Source: a virus
Reading direction: 5' to 3' (one strand)
Virus record (IMG/VR): IMGVR_UViG_3300042731_011014
Span: 1-64,000 of that record
Length of the DNA: 64,000 bases
Below the pieces are notes generated by a model. That model was not told where the DNA came from, did no database searches, and saw only the letters and a program-made list of their open reading frames with translations. The position numbers were made by a program, and so were the translations under genes. Shown here one piece after another: positions 9,780-19,849 of the stretch (positions are counted from its first letter, which is position 1; the number at the start of each line of letters is the position of its first letter).

Positions 9780-10500
9780 CTTTTACCTCAGGATTATTGA
9801 TTCCTAGAGATTCTACCTTTTCATTCACTAAGCTCATTTCGTCTTTTATTCTTTCATCTATTGAGCTTATATCACTCTGCATTCTTTTAATGCGAGATTC
9901 CATCTCGCGTTCTTTTTTTCTTTTATAATCACTAGGTTTTTAAGTTTCTCTTTTGCGTCAACAATCTTCTCAAGATCATTAAATCTTAATAAATCTATTA
10001 CACCAAATTCATTCTGATAAATCCTCAATGTTTTCTTTAATCTATCCATTTCTAAATTAAAGATTTCCTCTACCTTCTCCCTTTCCTGCATCGATTTTCT
10101 TCACATGTCTGGCAATCCAAAAGCATTTATTCACTTCCTTCAATAAAAACTTCCATCTCAACTGCTAGCTCACAGTCAACCGCAACCCCTCCACTACGTA
10201 TTGGATAATCATATTGATTTGTTCTTACTATCATTATTTGCCCGTCCACACGGATCACATTACCATTTTCTAACCGATCAAAAGGAACAATTACCGGCCC
10301 CTGATCAGGATCCTCACTAAGCAATTCTACCGAATCAACAAAAAGCATTTTATTTTACCAACTTATAATAACTAGTAATAACTAGTAATGACTAGAATTA
10401 TCAAGGAATTACCCACACTCTGAGTACTCTGAGCACTCTAAACGCTCAATTGAACAAGCCAGGAAATTTTAATCTTCAAAAGATATTTCATTACATTGCC

Positions 10501-10983
10501 CTAAAAAATACCTGCCATAAGTTCATGATAACTAAACTTATTTCCTAACGCATCCCTTATCGTGATTGTATCATAACTCCATCCATAAACTTTATTGTCG
10601 AACAAATAGACCTGTCTTGGTACTCTTGATTCTTGATTAACAAAGCTAATGCCCAACTGCGATGGCATCCAAAATCCACTTGTCCTTTTATCCCCGTCTG
10701 TATTGTCTTTTTTCTTTTCATTAATCAGATCCCAAAAACTCAGCTTCGCGAAATCTCCGCCACCATGCCTACCTTGTATTAATGGGAATTCATTGATATT
10801 GTACCATCTCTTCTCTTTTTCGAACTTAAAAACTAACCATATAAGAGCACGAGCCATCTGAGCATTCAACGTTCTTTTATACATTTTACATAGTTGCCCA
10901 CAACATGGACATTTTATTCCATCTTCCAGGTACTTATTTACCAAAGCTTTTGCTTCATTAAGTTCATTAATCATTTTTCTCAA
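10501..10983 (-). CDS. Hypothetical phage protein (CPCCGQ motif)
   Basis: 160-aa ORF with Zn-knuckle N-terminus; function unknown. Confidence 0.65.
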   Translation of the reverse strand: MRKMINELNEAKALVNKYLEDGIKCPCCGQLCKMYKRTLNAQMARALIWLVFKFEKEKRWYNINEFPLIQGRHGGGDFAKLSFWDLINEKKKDNTDGDKRTSGFWMPSQLGISFVNQESRVPRQVYLFDNKVYGWSYDTITIRDALGNKFSYHELMAGIF

Positions 10984-11121
10984 CTCTTTAACTCTTTATT
11001 CATCTACTGCGCTCTTTTTTTCCTGAATTTTCATAAATTCCCTGATTCCATCCTTACTGTATCCTTCACTTGGAAAACAACAGTACTTCTTGGCTTCTTT
11101 CTGTATAATAATGTAGGCGCC

Positions 11122-11805
11122 TTAGCTCCACATGTACTCTGCCGGCCATAAGTCTGCAATCCACCGATTTCTTGTTTTTAAAAGCCCCATATGTCTCAAA
11201 TCCTCATATATCTCAAATCCACGTTTTGCCTCAGTGCATTTTAAACACTCTCCACATGGCTCAAGATCTTCTTTTACACCCTCACAAACAAACCAACAAT
11301 TTTTTGGTATCTTAAATACTTCTAGCTCCTGAATCACATCCTCTTTATGATACCATGCAAAAGGAAATCTGTAATACACATCGCCTCCTTTAAGTTTAAT
11401 CAGCGAATCAAAAACATTACAGTACTGTCTTTTAAAATGCCAAAAATCATCTCTTCTTATGTATGAAAAATTTACTGTATCGTTTTTATAAAGGTAAGGA
11501 AAAATATGACATAACCATATCTGCAATTGAGAGGTATATTTTGCATCATATTCCCCCTCTATCTTTATTTTTACATGATTTATATGAAAACCCTCTGATT
11601 TGGCAAACTCCAAATAGTTTTCCTGGGCTTTATTTTGGGCCATTAGCTGATATTCATTAATATTAATATGTCCAGCTATAGTAATTGCCCTAACTGGCAT
11701 ACTCCTGGATGAATAAGTTGCTAACCTATGAAGTAAAACAGTGCTATCTATTCCGCCAGACCAAAATACTACATTCCTATCGGCCTTTGTTGTCTTCTCA
11801 CTCAT
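11122..11805 (-). CDS. queC: 7-cyano-7-deazaguanine synthase (QueC)-like PP-loop ATPase
   Basis: N-terminal VVFWSGGIDSTV PP-loop; C-terminal Zn cluster CWFVC...PCGECLKC. Confidence 0.78.
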   Translation of the reverse strand: MSEKTTKADRNVVFWSGGIDSTVLLHRLATYSSRSMPVRAITIAGHININEYQLMAQNKAQENYLEFAKSEGFHINHVKIKIEGEYDAKYTSQLQIWLCHIFPYLYKNDTVNFSYIRRDDFWHFKRQYCNVFDSLIKLKGGDVYYRFPFAWYHKEDVIQELEVFKIPKNCWFVCEGVKEDLEPCGECLKCTEAKRGFEIYEDLRHMGLLKTRNRWIADLWPAEYMWS

Positions 11806-12414
11806 CTATTTCTCCAGTATATTCCTTGCTCCAGATCCATTTAACTCTCTTTATAACCTTAAATCATAAATAGCATCCCAAACCCTTTGCCCTGCATCAG
11901 CAACAACTTTCTCTTCTACCGCTTTTTCATTAACTAAACCCTCGGTAGCTGCTCCGGGTACTTTGGCATGCAAATTCCCAAGACACTAGAAATACGTTTT
12001 ATCAGATCAAAGAAACTTGTGACTTTTTTTGAAACCTCATCTATCAAATACTTAAGGCCAAGTTCTATTAACTGATCAAGTGAATTCATTCTTTATCCTC
12101 ATCAGAAAAACCGCATCTAGAAAGGTTTTTTACTGCGTTATTCATGTTTTCTATAATCTTAGGTGGAATAGGCGTCCTCCATCTAATGTGCTTCAGGGCC
12201 TCACTGAGCGCCCTACACGCATCCTTTATAACTTCCGTACAGTCAACATCGTCCAACCTGTGTGATGTAATTAACGCATCTGAAATGGTCCTAAAACGAT
12301 TACCGCATGAACAAACCGCCCATTCAGTATCAAACATATTCGTGATTCTTACATCGTTATTACACTTTGGACACCGCATAATAAACATAATATTTCAAGA
12401 CCTCCTTGATTTCA

Positions 12415-12864
12415 TTATGATAAACCGTCTTTTCTTAATTCAATAAGATTTTCCACAAGGTTACCTAACTCCTTGTAATAATCTGTATATTCCTTTTTCT
12501 TCTGAATATCTGTGCAAATATAACCAAGACAAGTAGCACTACGATCTTTCCACTTTAGCTTGCACCCGTTAGATGTCCAAAAACCACTGCTACTATCAAA
12601 CTTATACTGCTTTTTTAACTGCTCAAAAGTATTTAAGGCCTTCCTAGTTTTATTACTACTAGTATAAGATCTAACGTTTTTTATTGCATCAATATTGCCA
12701 AACCAAAAATATGCAAGGTTAGGCCCACAATCCAGACAGCAACAAATGCGATGACTTTGACAATTCTGACAATCTGTGCCGGTAATAATCTCATTTAACT
12801 CGCGAATCCTATCTATAACTTCTTTTATATTCATTTTTGGTATCATATCTCCAGCACGTATCAA
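12415..12864 (-). CDS. Cys-cluster protein
   Basis: CQNC...CCCLDC and GCKL....RSATCLGYIC; resembles Fe-S/Zn cluster folds. Confidence 0.55.
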   Translation of the reverse strand: MIRAGDMIPKMNIKEVIDRIRELNEIITGTDCQNCQSHRICCCLDCGPNLAYFWFGNIDAIKNVRSYTSSNKTRKALNTFEQLKKQYKFDSSSGFWTSNGCKLKWKDRSATCLGYICTDIQKKKEYTDYYKELGNLVENLIELRKDGLS

Positions 12865-13078
12865 CTATACATCTATCACCACATGTTCGCCTACACGCCT
12901 TAAGAGATTGCTGCATTGCATTTGTCTTAAACTTATCAACACCAATCGCGCCACATCCAATCCGATAAATACTCATGGCATAGCAGGTATAATCCCGTCT
13001 GCCATCTGTTCTGGATGCATGATCTATAATATTTACAATTGCAACTACTATTATTATCAAAAAAACCTTTCTTATCAC
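12809..13078 (-). CDS. Small secreted Cys-rich protein (DUF4189-like pattern)
   Basis: Hydrophobic N-terminal signal followed by AMQQSLKACRRTCGDRCIVDTC. Confidence 0.45.
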   Translation of the reverse strand: MIRKVFLIIIVVAIVNIIDHASRTDGRRDYTCYAMSIYRIGCGAIGVDKFKTNAMQQSLKACRRTCGDRCIVDTCWRYDTKNEYKRSYR

Positions 13079-13555
13079 CTAAACTTCGCCTTTTTTCCGT
13101 GCCACCCTCATCCTAGAACATGCTAATTTAATAACGGCGTCCCGAATTACATCGGCCATCTGAAACCAAAAATTAGCCTCCTCTACCGCACTAAATCCAT
13201 TCATTTCCACTTCGCCATCCAGTAGAGCGAATAGTCCTGGTGTTAAATGAAACCCAGGAGGGACATATTTAAGCAATTTATTAGTAATTGTCCCAAGTTT
13301 TAACCCATTGTACAGCTCAACCTCTGCCCTGATCTTATTTGCATCATACTTAGGGAGATCTTTTTTATCCATCTTTTGGCTCCATTTATTCACTTTTTCT
13401 ATGTATTCATCATCAACTCGACCTCTAAACCAAGATAGATCTTTACCGCTACCGGGTTCGCCCTCATATCCACAACTTCGCTTATAACACACTATTGCCT
13501 TAGTATATAAATTGGTTTGGGCGGTCATATCACCGCATTTCGGGCACTTTTCCAT
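13079..13555 (-). CDS. Hypothetical protein with N-terminal Zn ribbon
   Basis: CPKCG...CYKRSCGY; coupled to pyrF stop. Confidence 0.6.
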   Translation of the reverse strand: MEKCPKCGDMTAQTNLYTKAIVCYKRSCGYEGEPGSGKDLSWFRGRVDDEYIEKVNKWSQKMDKKDLPKYDANKIRAEVELYNGLKLGTITNKLLKYVPPGFHLTPGLFALLDGEVEMNGFSAVEEANFWFQMADVIRDAVIKLACSRMRVARKKGEV

Positions 13556-14352
13556 TATATCGACCGATTCAGCACTCTCTCGTTGGACGCCTCTACGACC
13601 ATGTTGTAAATTTTTTCGGCCACCTCGGCAGAATTATCAGCATCCCTCACCTCGCGGCCAACTACTATGATATCTGCCCCCTTCTCAATGGCTTCATTTG
13701 GGGTAACTACCCTTTTTTGATCATTAGGATCTGAACTTGGCAATCTAATTCCGGGTACCAGTAGATTTATTTTGTTTTTAGATGCCCATGAGGAAATCGT
13801 ATCACCTGAACTCTTGATTAACCGCATATCAAGATCCAATCCGGAGCATACAATACCATGCAACCCATGTTCAGCAGCCGAAATAACTCTATCTTCAAGA
13901 ATGTAATCAAGAATCTTACCAGCCCCACCATATACATCAGCAATATCGTCACCGGATACGGAAGTTAAAACCGATACGCCGAAAAGGCTAATACTATATT
14001 CATTTGCAATCTTAATAATCGGTTTTAAAGAACGCGGGCTATCACCAATATGAACAGTGGCATAATTGAACATGTAATTTTTAGCAAGAGATCTTAAGGT
14101 TCTCTCAACCGTGGTAGGTGTATCGTGGAGTTTAAGATCTAAAATGATTTTAGATCCAGGTGCACTGACCATTTTGATTTCATCTATCGCCTTAAATACC
14201 TTTTGCCCACTAGAACAAAACAGCTCTAGTCCAATCTTGTAGCTGCCAATCCAGTTGCAGGTTTCGGCTATTAAATCAATAGCTTTGAACTCATCATCTA
14301 CATCAAGTGCCAAGCAGATTCTATCCCTTACGCTCGTGATCATAAAAAACAC
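13555..14352 (-). CDS. pyrF: Orotidine-5'-phosphate decarboxylase
   Basis: ICLALDV, YKIGLELF, catalytic DLKLHDTPTTV, LVPGIR, DQKRVVTP...GADIIVVGR. Confidence 0.95.
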   Translation of the reverse strand: MFFMITSVRDRICLALDVDDEFKAIDLIAETCNWIGSYKIGLELFCSSGQKVFKAIDEIKMVSAPGSKIILDLKLHDTPTTVERTLRSLAKNYMFNYATVHIGDSPRSLKPIIKIANEYSISLFGVSVLTSVSGDDIADVYGGAGKILDYILEDRVISAAEHGLHGIVCSGLDLDMRLIKSSGDTISSWASKNKINLLVPGIRLPSSDPNDQKRVVTPNEAIEKGADIIVVGREVRDADNSAEVAEKIYNMVVEASNERVLNRSI

Positions 14353-14823
14353 CTATTCCTTGTTCTTTTCTATTCCATCCCTGTTAATTATTTCGGAATG
14401 AACTTCGATCACCTTATCTATCATCGCCTCCTCAATACTTCCATGACAGTAATGCTCTAGAAGCTTCACATATAATTTTGCAACTTGTTCTTGCTGATCA
14501 TTGCTCTCAATAAATTTATCATTTATAATCAAGCTTCCATTTTCCAATACAGATACATTTTGCCTACCGATGCTTATGCGGAATGCATCCGGTAAAGGTG
14601 AGCACTTAGCGCGGTCCCATGAATTCATAGGAAAATCATTAAGAACGGTTAGCAATTTAGTAATTTTTTTATTTTTCATATACTCAGTGTTCATTTGAGA
14701 GCTAATCACCGTTGATCTGCAACTATTTGAAAGCATAATGAATAAACAAACAACTATTAACCGCATTGCAATAACTCCTTTTTTAGTTCCGGTAAATAAT
14801 CTATAATCGATCCCCTCACCCAT
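14353..14823 (-). CDS. Putative lipoprotein
   Basis: MRLIVVCLFIMLSNSC lipobox-like N-terminus (internal start). Confidence 0.45.
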   Translation of the reverse strand: MGEGIDYRLFTGTKKGVIAMRLIVVCLFIMLSNSCRSTVISSQMNTEYMKNKKITKLLTVLNDFPMNSWDRAKCSPLPDAFRISIGRQNVSVLENGSLIINDKFIESNDQQEQVAKLYVKLLEHYCHGSIEEAMIDKVIEVHSEIINRDGIEKNKE

Positions 14824-15350
14824 CCCTTACTACTGACAGAATCTCCACAGATAAATGTACCTGTGCAAGAATTGGCTAACTTCTCGATCTCAAGCTTAAT
14901 AAGGATAGAAGTACATTTACTATAACTAACACCACTCTCATTGCTTATTTGTCTTGTACTCTTCTTGACCACACTCAATACATTTAAAACCTTTATACAT
15001 TCTTCAATCCTATTTCTTACCCCACCACACCTTTTGCTAACTTCCATCTCAAGTAGCTCATTATCAGAAGGCTCCTTAATCATAAAATAAACAAGTTTTT
15101 TCATTTTATGATTGCGCATTATACCATAATCATACATGATACCTGATACCTTCTTTTTTTTAAGAAAACCCTTATTGACCAATCCATCAAGCGTCGATCT
15201 GGCTTCATTTCTAAAAAGCTTCATAAAAGACATTAAGTCCTGAACACAAATCTCATCATTCTTCTTTAGCAAACTAATAGCGGCCTTCCTTCTCTTAAAC
15301 CTGTCAAAACCATCTTTACCAAAAACTGCTTTTATTAGCACGCTATCCAT
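14757..15350 (-). CDS. Protein with two winged-HTH-like segments (putative transcription regulator)
   Basis: ICVQDLMSFMKLFRNEARSTLDGLVNKGFL and STRQISNESGVSYSKCTSILIKLEIEKL. Confidence 0.5.
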   Translation of the reverse strand: MDSVLIKAVFGKDGFDRFKRRKAAISLLKKNDEICVQDLMSFMKLFRNEARSTLDGLVNKGFLKKKKVSGIMYDYGIMRNHKMKKLVYFMIKEPSDNELLEMEVSKRCGGVRNRIEECIKVLNVLSVVKKSTRQISNESGVSYSKCTSILIKLEIEKLANSCTGTFICGDSVSSKGWVRGSIIDYLPELKKELLQCG

Positions 15351-15693
15351 CGATTCCCATCACATCCTTCATTCTCTGAAATATTATTGATTCTATATCT
15401 TTATAGCACATTTACTCTTCCTTTTCGAAGGTACGTCAACCTGAGTAATTTTCAAATCGTTAAAGGTCATATCTGCCACAGGATCAGTATGATCTTGATT
15501 GATCGAATTAGCATCAGACAGATCAGCATAAAAACTCTCTCGTCTAAGAGCTATATCGCGCATTTTTTCCGCTACAGCCTCTAATTTGCTAAACATCTCC
15601 ATGTTCCCCGCCCGAAAATACTTCCATGCAGCATCAGTAAAAAACATTGCCCGCTCCCACAATTCACCCGATCTACCCTCCTTAAACATGGAA

Positions 15694-16263
15694 TTATCCC
15701 TCATCTTTCTCACCTGCACCAAAAAAATCATCGTAAATCATCGCTGACGCTTTTTTTTCGTGCAATGATTCCACGTTCTTTTTTCTTCTATCGATCCTCT
15801 CTTTTAGTCGTTCAATTTCACCGGTTTTTCTGATGATCTTCTTATCTTTTACTATCAAATCAATCTCAGAATCCATCATATCGTTAATTTGGCCAAGTTC
15901 AGCAGTTAATTCGCTGACAGCGGACTCGTGGACCATAATCAGCTCCATCGCTCCATCACGTACTATCTCTAATTCTTTCAATTTATTTTTTAAAGTTTGA
16001 ATTTCATTCTCAGTTGATTGAAGATCGTCACTGAGTATTTCGATCTTCACCTTCCGATTGAACACTTTTTTCTCAATCACGACACCTACAGCGGATTTCT
16101 GGCCTTTAATGAAATCTACCTGCTGATTCGCTTCTCTGGTCTCGTCAGATAGCTTTTTAAGCTTTTCCTCAAGATTCTTTAAAGGAACATCCCTACGGGG
16201 AGCAGAGGCTTTTTTGGTATTCTTTTTCTTTGCATCTCTACGATGTTTGGAATTCTTTGACAT
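15694..16263 (-). CDS. Coiled-coil protein with basic N-terminus
   Basis: Heptad-rich E/K/L sequence; lies directly behind a copy of the phage promoter motif. Confidence 0.6.
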   Translation of the reverse strand: MSKNSKHRRDAKKKNTKKASAPRRDVPLKNLEEKLKKLSDETREANQQVDFIKGQKSAVGVVIEKKVFNRKVKIEILSDDLQSTENEIQTLKNKLKELEIVRDGAMELIMVHESAVSELTAELGQINDMMDSEIDLIVKDKKIIRKTGEIERLKERIDRRKKNVESLHEKKASAMIYDDFFGAGEKDEG

Positions 16264-16274
16264 GCTTTCCTTCT

Positions 16275-16309
16275 CAATTAAATGGTGATTGGTGGGACAA
16301 AAAAGTCAA
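16275..16309 (-). promoter_or_regulatory. Phage promoter motif, copy D
   Basis: Minus strand TTGACTTTTTTgtcccaccaaTCACCATTTAATTG, followed by SD and the ATG at 16263. Confidence 0.7.
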
Positions 16310-17002
16310 CGTTTTTTCGTATCAAAAATAGGCTCTCCATTCTCGTACATCCACGCATATTGTGCTTTATTACATGATTCACACCTACACCAATAAACCC
16401 CTTTTTGCATTAAAATCCAACTTCTGTCTTTTATCTCAGAATTACAAAATATGCACTGGAATAAATTTGGTCTTTCACTCAAGAAGCACCAATCTCCTAT
16501 TTTGTACTCTTTTTCGGCACACTTCAGAGCATGTAAGACAAACAAATTCCTTATCCCTATTCATTAGAAACAGCGAGCACTTATCATCCTCTTTTAATAT
16601 AACCTTACCACATGATATGCAATATATATCAGTGTATCCATTTTCTACGTCACTATTTAATCGATCTATAGCACCTTTAATAAAACGCTGGTCGTTATTT
16701 CGGACCCTTATGATACTCGCGGACCAAAGGTTAACTCTATTTTCCTTTCGCCTACTACTTTTCCTCTTTTTGGATACTTTGATAGGCATAAGACTCATTA
16801 ATTATTCATTAACCTCTTAAAAAGACTAAACTCCTTCCCAACCTCAATCCACAGTTTAGCTTTATCGTTTATTGTTCCTATTAGAATACAAATCTTTTTC
16901 GTTGTAGGGTGGATTATATTCTCTTCGCATACACGCCAAATCCTACCATGCTTATTGCATAATTCAGAAACGTATTCCTCGTTGCATATATTTTTTACTT
17001 TA

Positions 17003-17404
17003 TCACTCTTTGGCATTTAACTTTCTCATCATATCGTCTTCGTTTTTTATATCATCAGCATTAACAGGTATAAACTTGCTAATTCCCCCGGCAACATAGA
17101 CATAATTATCAATAACAATCTGAGATTTGGATAGCATCTTCTTGGTTGGTTCCTTGCCATCTTTCCCGGTAAAAAACCATCTAAGAAATTCGCCATCTCG
17201 AAACCATAAACCAACTGGGACAAACCCGGCAGATACTATCTCGCCTAAGCCACCAAAAAAATCACGTACAGGTATATTCCACTTATCAGAATCCGATTGA
17301 ATAGCCAGGAACCTACCAAAATTTCCAATAACCACCCATATCCACTTGTTTTCCTTTGTGACAGCTAAAAAAGGGGTGTCAAAACCTTCATATGAATTTA
17401 TCAT
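17003..17404 (-). CDS. Hypothetical protein
   Basis: 133-aa ORF in operon context. Confidence 0.55.
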   Translation of the reverse strand: MINSYEGFDTPFLAVTKENKWIWVVIGNFGRFLAIQSDSDKWNIPVRDFFGGLGEIVSAGFVPVGLWFRDGEFLRWFFTGKDGKEPTKKMLSKSQIVIDNYVYVAGGISKFIPVNADDIKNEDDMMRKLNAKE

Positions 17405-17561
17405 GCAATCACTTACCCATCTATTTTGGCATTTTTATTTTTCTTACATCTGACGCAATAATACTTAAAATATCTTACATTATCCTTTATGTAAAACAAA
17501 ATCAGATCCATTACCTTACCGCAATCAGGACACTTTAAAGGTAAAAAAGATTTCACTATCA

Positions 17562-17909
17562 TTAACCCTGAAACGGATGTTTAACCTTACCTCTAGTAAT
17601 CCCGATTATATCTTCCGATGTAACCCTACTCCCAAATGAAGCATATCCAGGCCGATTAGTTTTTCTCACCTGAGGATAAAAAAAGCCTCTATGCGTACCA
17701 TAGAACAGTACCATCCACCTAAATTTTCTATCAGGAGAATACATATAGATAATTTTGGTTTTTTTATTATCTATTACCTTATTAGCTCTATATCCAATCC
17801 CTTCTAATTCAACGATTGCCCTGTCAATCATCATCTCCCCCTCCATTGTATTATATTTAAATAGTTTATCTCTTGTTGATTTCATAAGCTCATCAGTGTT
17901 TTTAATCAC
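17562..17909 (-). CDS. Hypothetical protein
   Basis: 115-aa ORF overlapping the stop of the upstream gene remnant. Confidence 0.55.
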   Translation of the reverse strand: MIKNTDELMKSTRDKLFKYNTMEGEMMIDRAIVELEGIGYRANKVIDNKKTKIIYMYSPDRKFRWMVLFYGTHRGFFYPQVRKTNRPGYASFGSRVTSEDIIGITRGKVKHPFQG

Positions 17910-18099
17910 TACCGACCAACCAATCTCTCAGTAAATCAAATGACTCAAATATGGGAATACCAAGGCGATCAGCTTCCTTTTTTTCCGCCCGCGACCCAGC
18001 AGACCCTTGCCATCTAGGCATTAAAAAAAGAATATCACATCTCCTAAGTAGCTCCAGTTCGCCATCTAACCAAAATTCCTCTGGGTAGTCCTTCTCAAA
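17902..18099 (-). pseudogene. 5'-truncated DUF4406/nucleoside-deoxyribosyltransferase-like gene cut by IS607
   Basis: Not in track. Translates FEKDYPEEFWLDGELELLRRCDILFLMPRWQGSAGSRAEKKEADRLGIPIF...*; the LxRCD..W..S.G...E...A...GIP pattern is typical of the family. No start codon before the IS end. Confidence 0.7.
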
Positions 18100-18121
18100 C
18101 CGTTGTTGAAAGCGTAGACAT

Positions 18122-19303
18122 TTACGCCACGCTCATTTCTTTGAAACCGGCACCGTAGGGTCCGGTGAGTAATCGCTCCAAAATGTTCCTAGACGCGTTG
18201 GCATCCGCATTGTCAGTGTGACCACAGCCCTGACAAAGAAACAACTCTCCTGAACGATTCCTCCTCTCAGTATGACCACAATTTGAACACTTTTGACTCG
18301 TATAGGCCGGATTTACTGAACGGAAAACAACACGGTTGTCTTCACAGCTCATCTGTAAACGCCCCAACCAATAACGATATGCCCAAATTCCGAGAGATCG
18401 ACGCATAGTTTTAACCAAGCGCCGTTTGGTCTTTGTGTTTTTGTTTAGCTTTTTCAGATCTTCTGTTACCAATAGCCTAAGATCTGGATCTTGGACAATC
18501 TGCTTCGCTATCTCGTCCATGCGCTGCTTCAAAGCCCGTCTAAGTTTTTGCTGTCTTTTTGATCCGTATCTGCAACGCTTGATCTGCTCTATCAAGAACT
18601 TTATGTCTGTCCCAAGTTGACGACCATCCGACAGAGTAGCTAAGGCGTTTATCCCTGTGTCCACTCCAACGGACTTGCCTTTCGTACGCTTCTCGCCAGT
18701 CTCTACCTCAAAAGCAAACTGTATATAGTCAGATGTGATGACATACGCATTCAGCCGCTTTCCGCGAACACACAACCTGTTATAGTGATCGTGAAACCTT
18801 ATTGGTATGTCCAGGCGAATGCCTTTGCCGATACTTCCCAATATTAGCCAAGCGTCAAATTCTGTCGCACTGCTTGCACCCTCTAGGCGTGCTATTGTGC
18901 TGGATATAGACATGCGCTTTCCAGTATGAACAGGCATAGTAATGCGCTCCGGCTCGTCGGCCCACCTTCGCCGCACTGCCAAGATCATATCCACGGCTTC
19001 ACGTGCTGCTACCTTTCGAAGCCTGGCCGAAAGCCAAGTGGGCTCTTCACATGTTAGGGGAAGATCCACAATAGGCTTTAATAGCTCTTTTTTCGAAGGT
19101 AGCTTGTCTAGCGCCCAAAAGTGATTGATGAAGAAATTCGCAACTCGACCATGCTCTTTGAGTACAAATCTCAAAGTTGACAACTTCGCCTCAGTCGCAA
19201 ATTTCAAACTACACTTGCTAGAACGTTTAACCTTCACCGCCTGCCGCCTCCAAAGCTCGCTTCGCACGATTTTTCGCCGAACGCTTCCCGTATATCCGAG
19301 CAC
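18122..19303 (-). CDS. tnpB: TnpB RNA-guided endonuclease (probable start GTG at 19237)
   Basis: RuvC-I VGVDTG, RuvC-II VTEDL, Zn finger CSNCG...CQGCG, RuvC-III NADANASRNI; all three catalytic residues present. Confidence 0.95.
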   Translation of the reverse strand: MLGYTGSVRRKIVRSELWRRQAVKVKRSSKCSLKFATEAKLSTLRFVLKEHGRVANFFINHFWALDKLPSKKELLKPIVDLPLTCEEPTWLSARLRKVAAREAVDMILAVRRRWADEPERITMPVHTGKRMSISSTIARLEGASSATEFDAWLILGSIGKGIRLDIPIRFHDHYNRLCVRGKRLNAYVITSDYIQFAFEVETGEKRTKGKSVGVDTGINALATLSDGRQLGTDIKFLIEQIKRCRYGSKRQQKLRRALKQRMDEIAKQIVQDPDLRLLVTEDLKKLNKNTKTKRRLVKTMRRSLGIWAYRYWLGRLQMSCEDNRVVFRSVNPAYTSQKCSNCGHTERRNRSGELFLCQGCGHTDNADANASRNILERLLTGPYGAGFKEMSVA

Positions 19304-19793
19304 ACATAGACGTCACCACGTCCACAAAATCTTGAACTATATCCATGTCATTCTCAGTTTCATTGACAACACACAACTCAACACCCGCTGTCTTTAATGC
19401 TGTTTCCAAATATTCAACGCCAAACCTCGCCAACCTATCTCGGTGCTCGACAATGATCTTGGTCACCGACCTGTCAGACAGGATAGATAGCAAAACTTTC
19501 CTCTTGTCATTCAGACCAGACCCAACCTCCGATTTCTCTGAAACCACCCGCATTCCGTTCGCAGACGCAAAATCCCTCAATCGAGACATCTGGCGATCCA
19601 GATCTTTTCGCTGGTCATGAGAAGACACACGGCCATATAAAACCACCGCTTCGTTTCTTGTATCATCTGAATGCACCAAAATAGTTCCTGTGGCCAGTTG
19701 CTCGGCATGACAAGGTAGCTTCCCAGCTCGAAACAATCGATGCGCTGTCCTATAACTCAAACCATTCTGCTTTGCCCACTCTGAAAGTTTCAT
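19227..19793 (-). CDS. tnpA: IS607 TnpA serine recombinase
   Basis: N-terminal MerR-like HTH (MKLSEWAK...SYRTAHRLFRAG) followed by YGRVSSHDQ..DL.RQ catalytic serine motif. Confidence 0.95.
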   Translation of the reverse strand: MKLSEWAKQNGLSYRTAHRLFRAGKLPCHAEQLATGTILVHSDDTRNEAVVLYGRVSSHDQRKDLDRQMSRLRDFASANGMRVVSEKSEVGSGLNDKRKVLLSILSDRSVTKIIVEHRDRLARFGVEYLETALKTAGVELCVVNETENDMDIVQDFVDVVTSMCARIYGKRSAKNRAKRALEAAGGEG

Positions 19794-19849
19794 AGTTGTG
19801 AGTATGGATGTCTATATTTGCGCTGTCAAGTCTATAAACATGTCAACTG

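Noticed and set aside
11810-12080. Hidden RNA gene in the gap upstream of queC
   Set aside because: No convincing structure; minus-strand frames read as short or frameshifted protein-like fragments that I could not assign.
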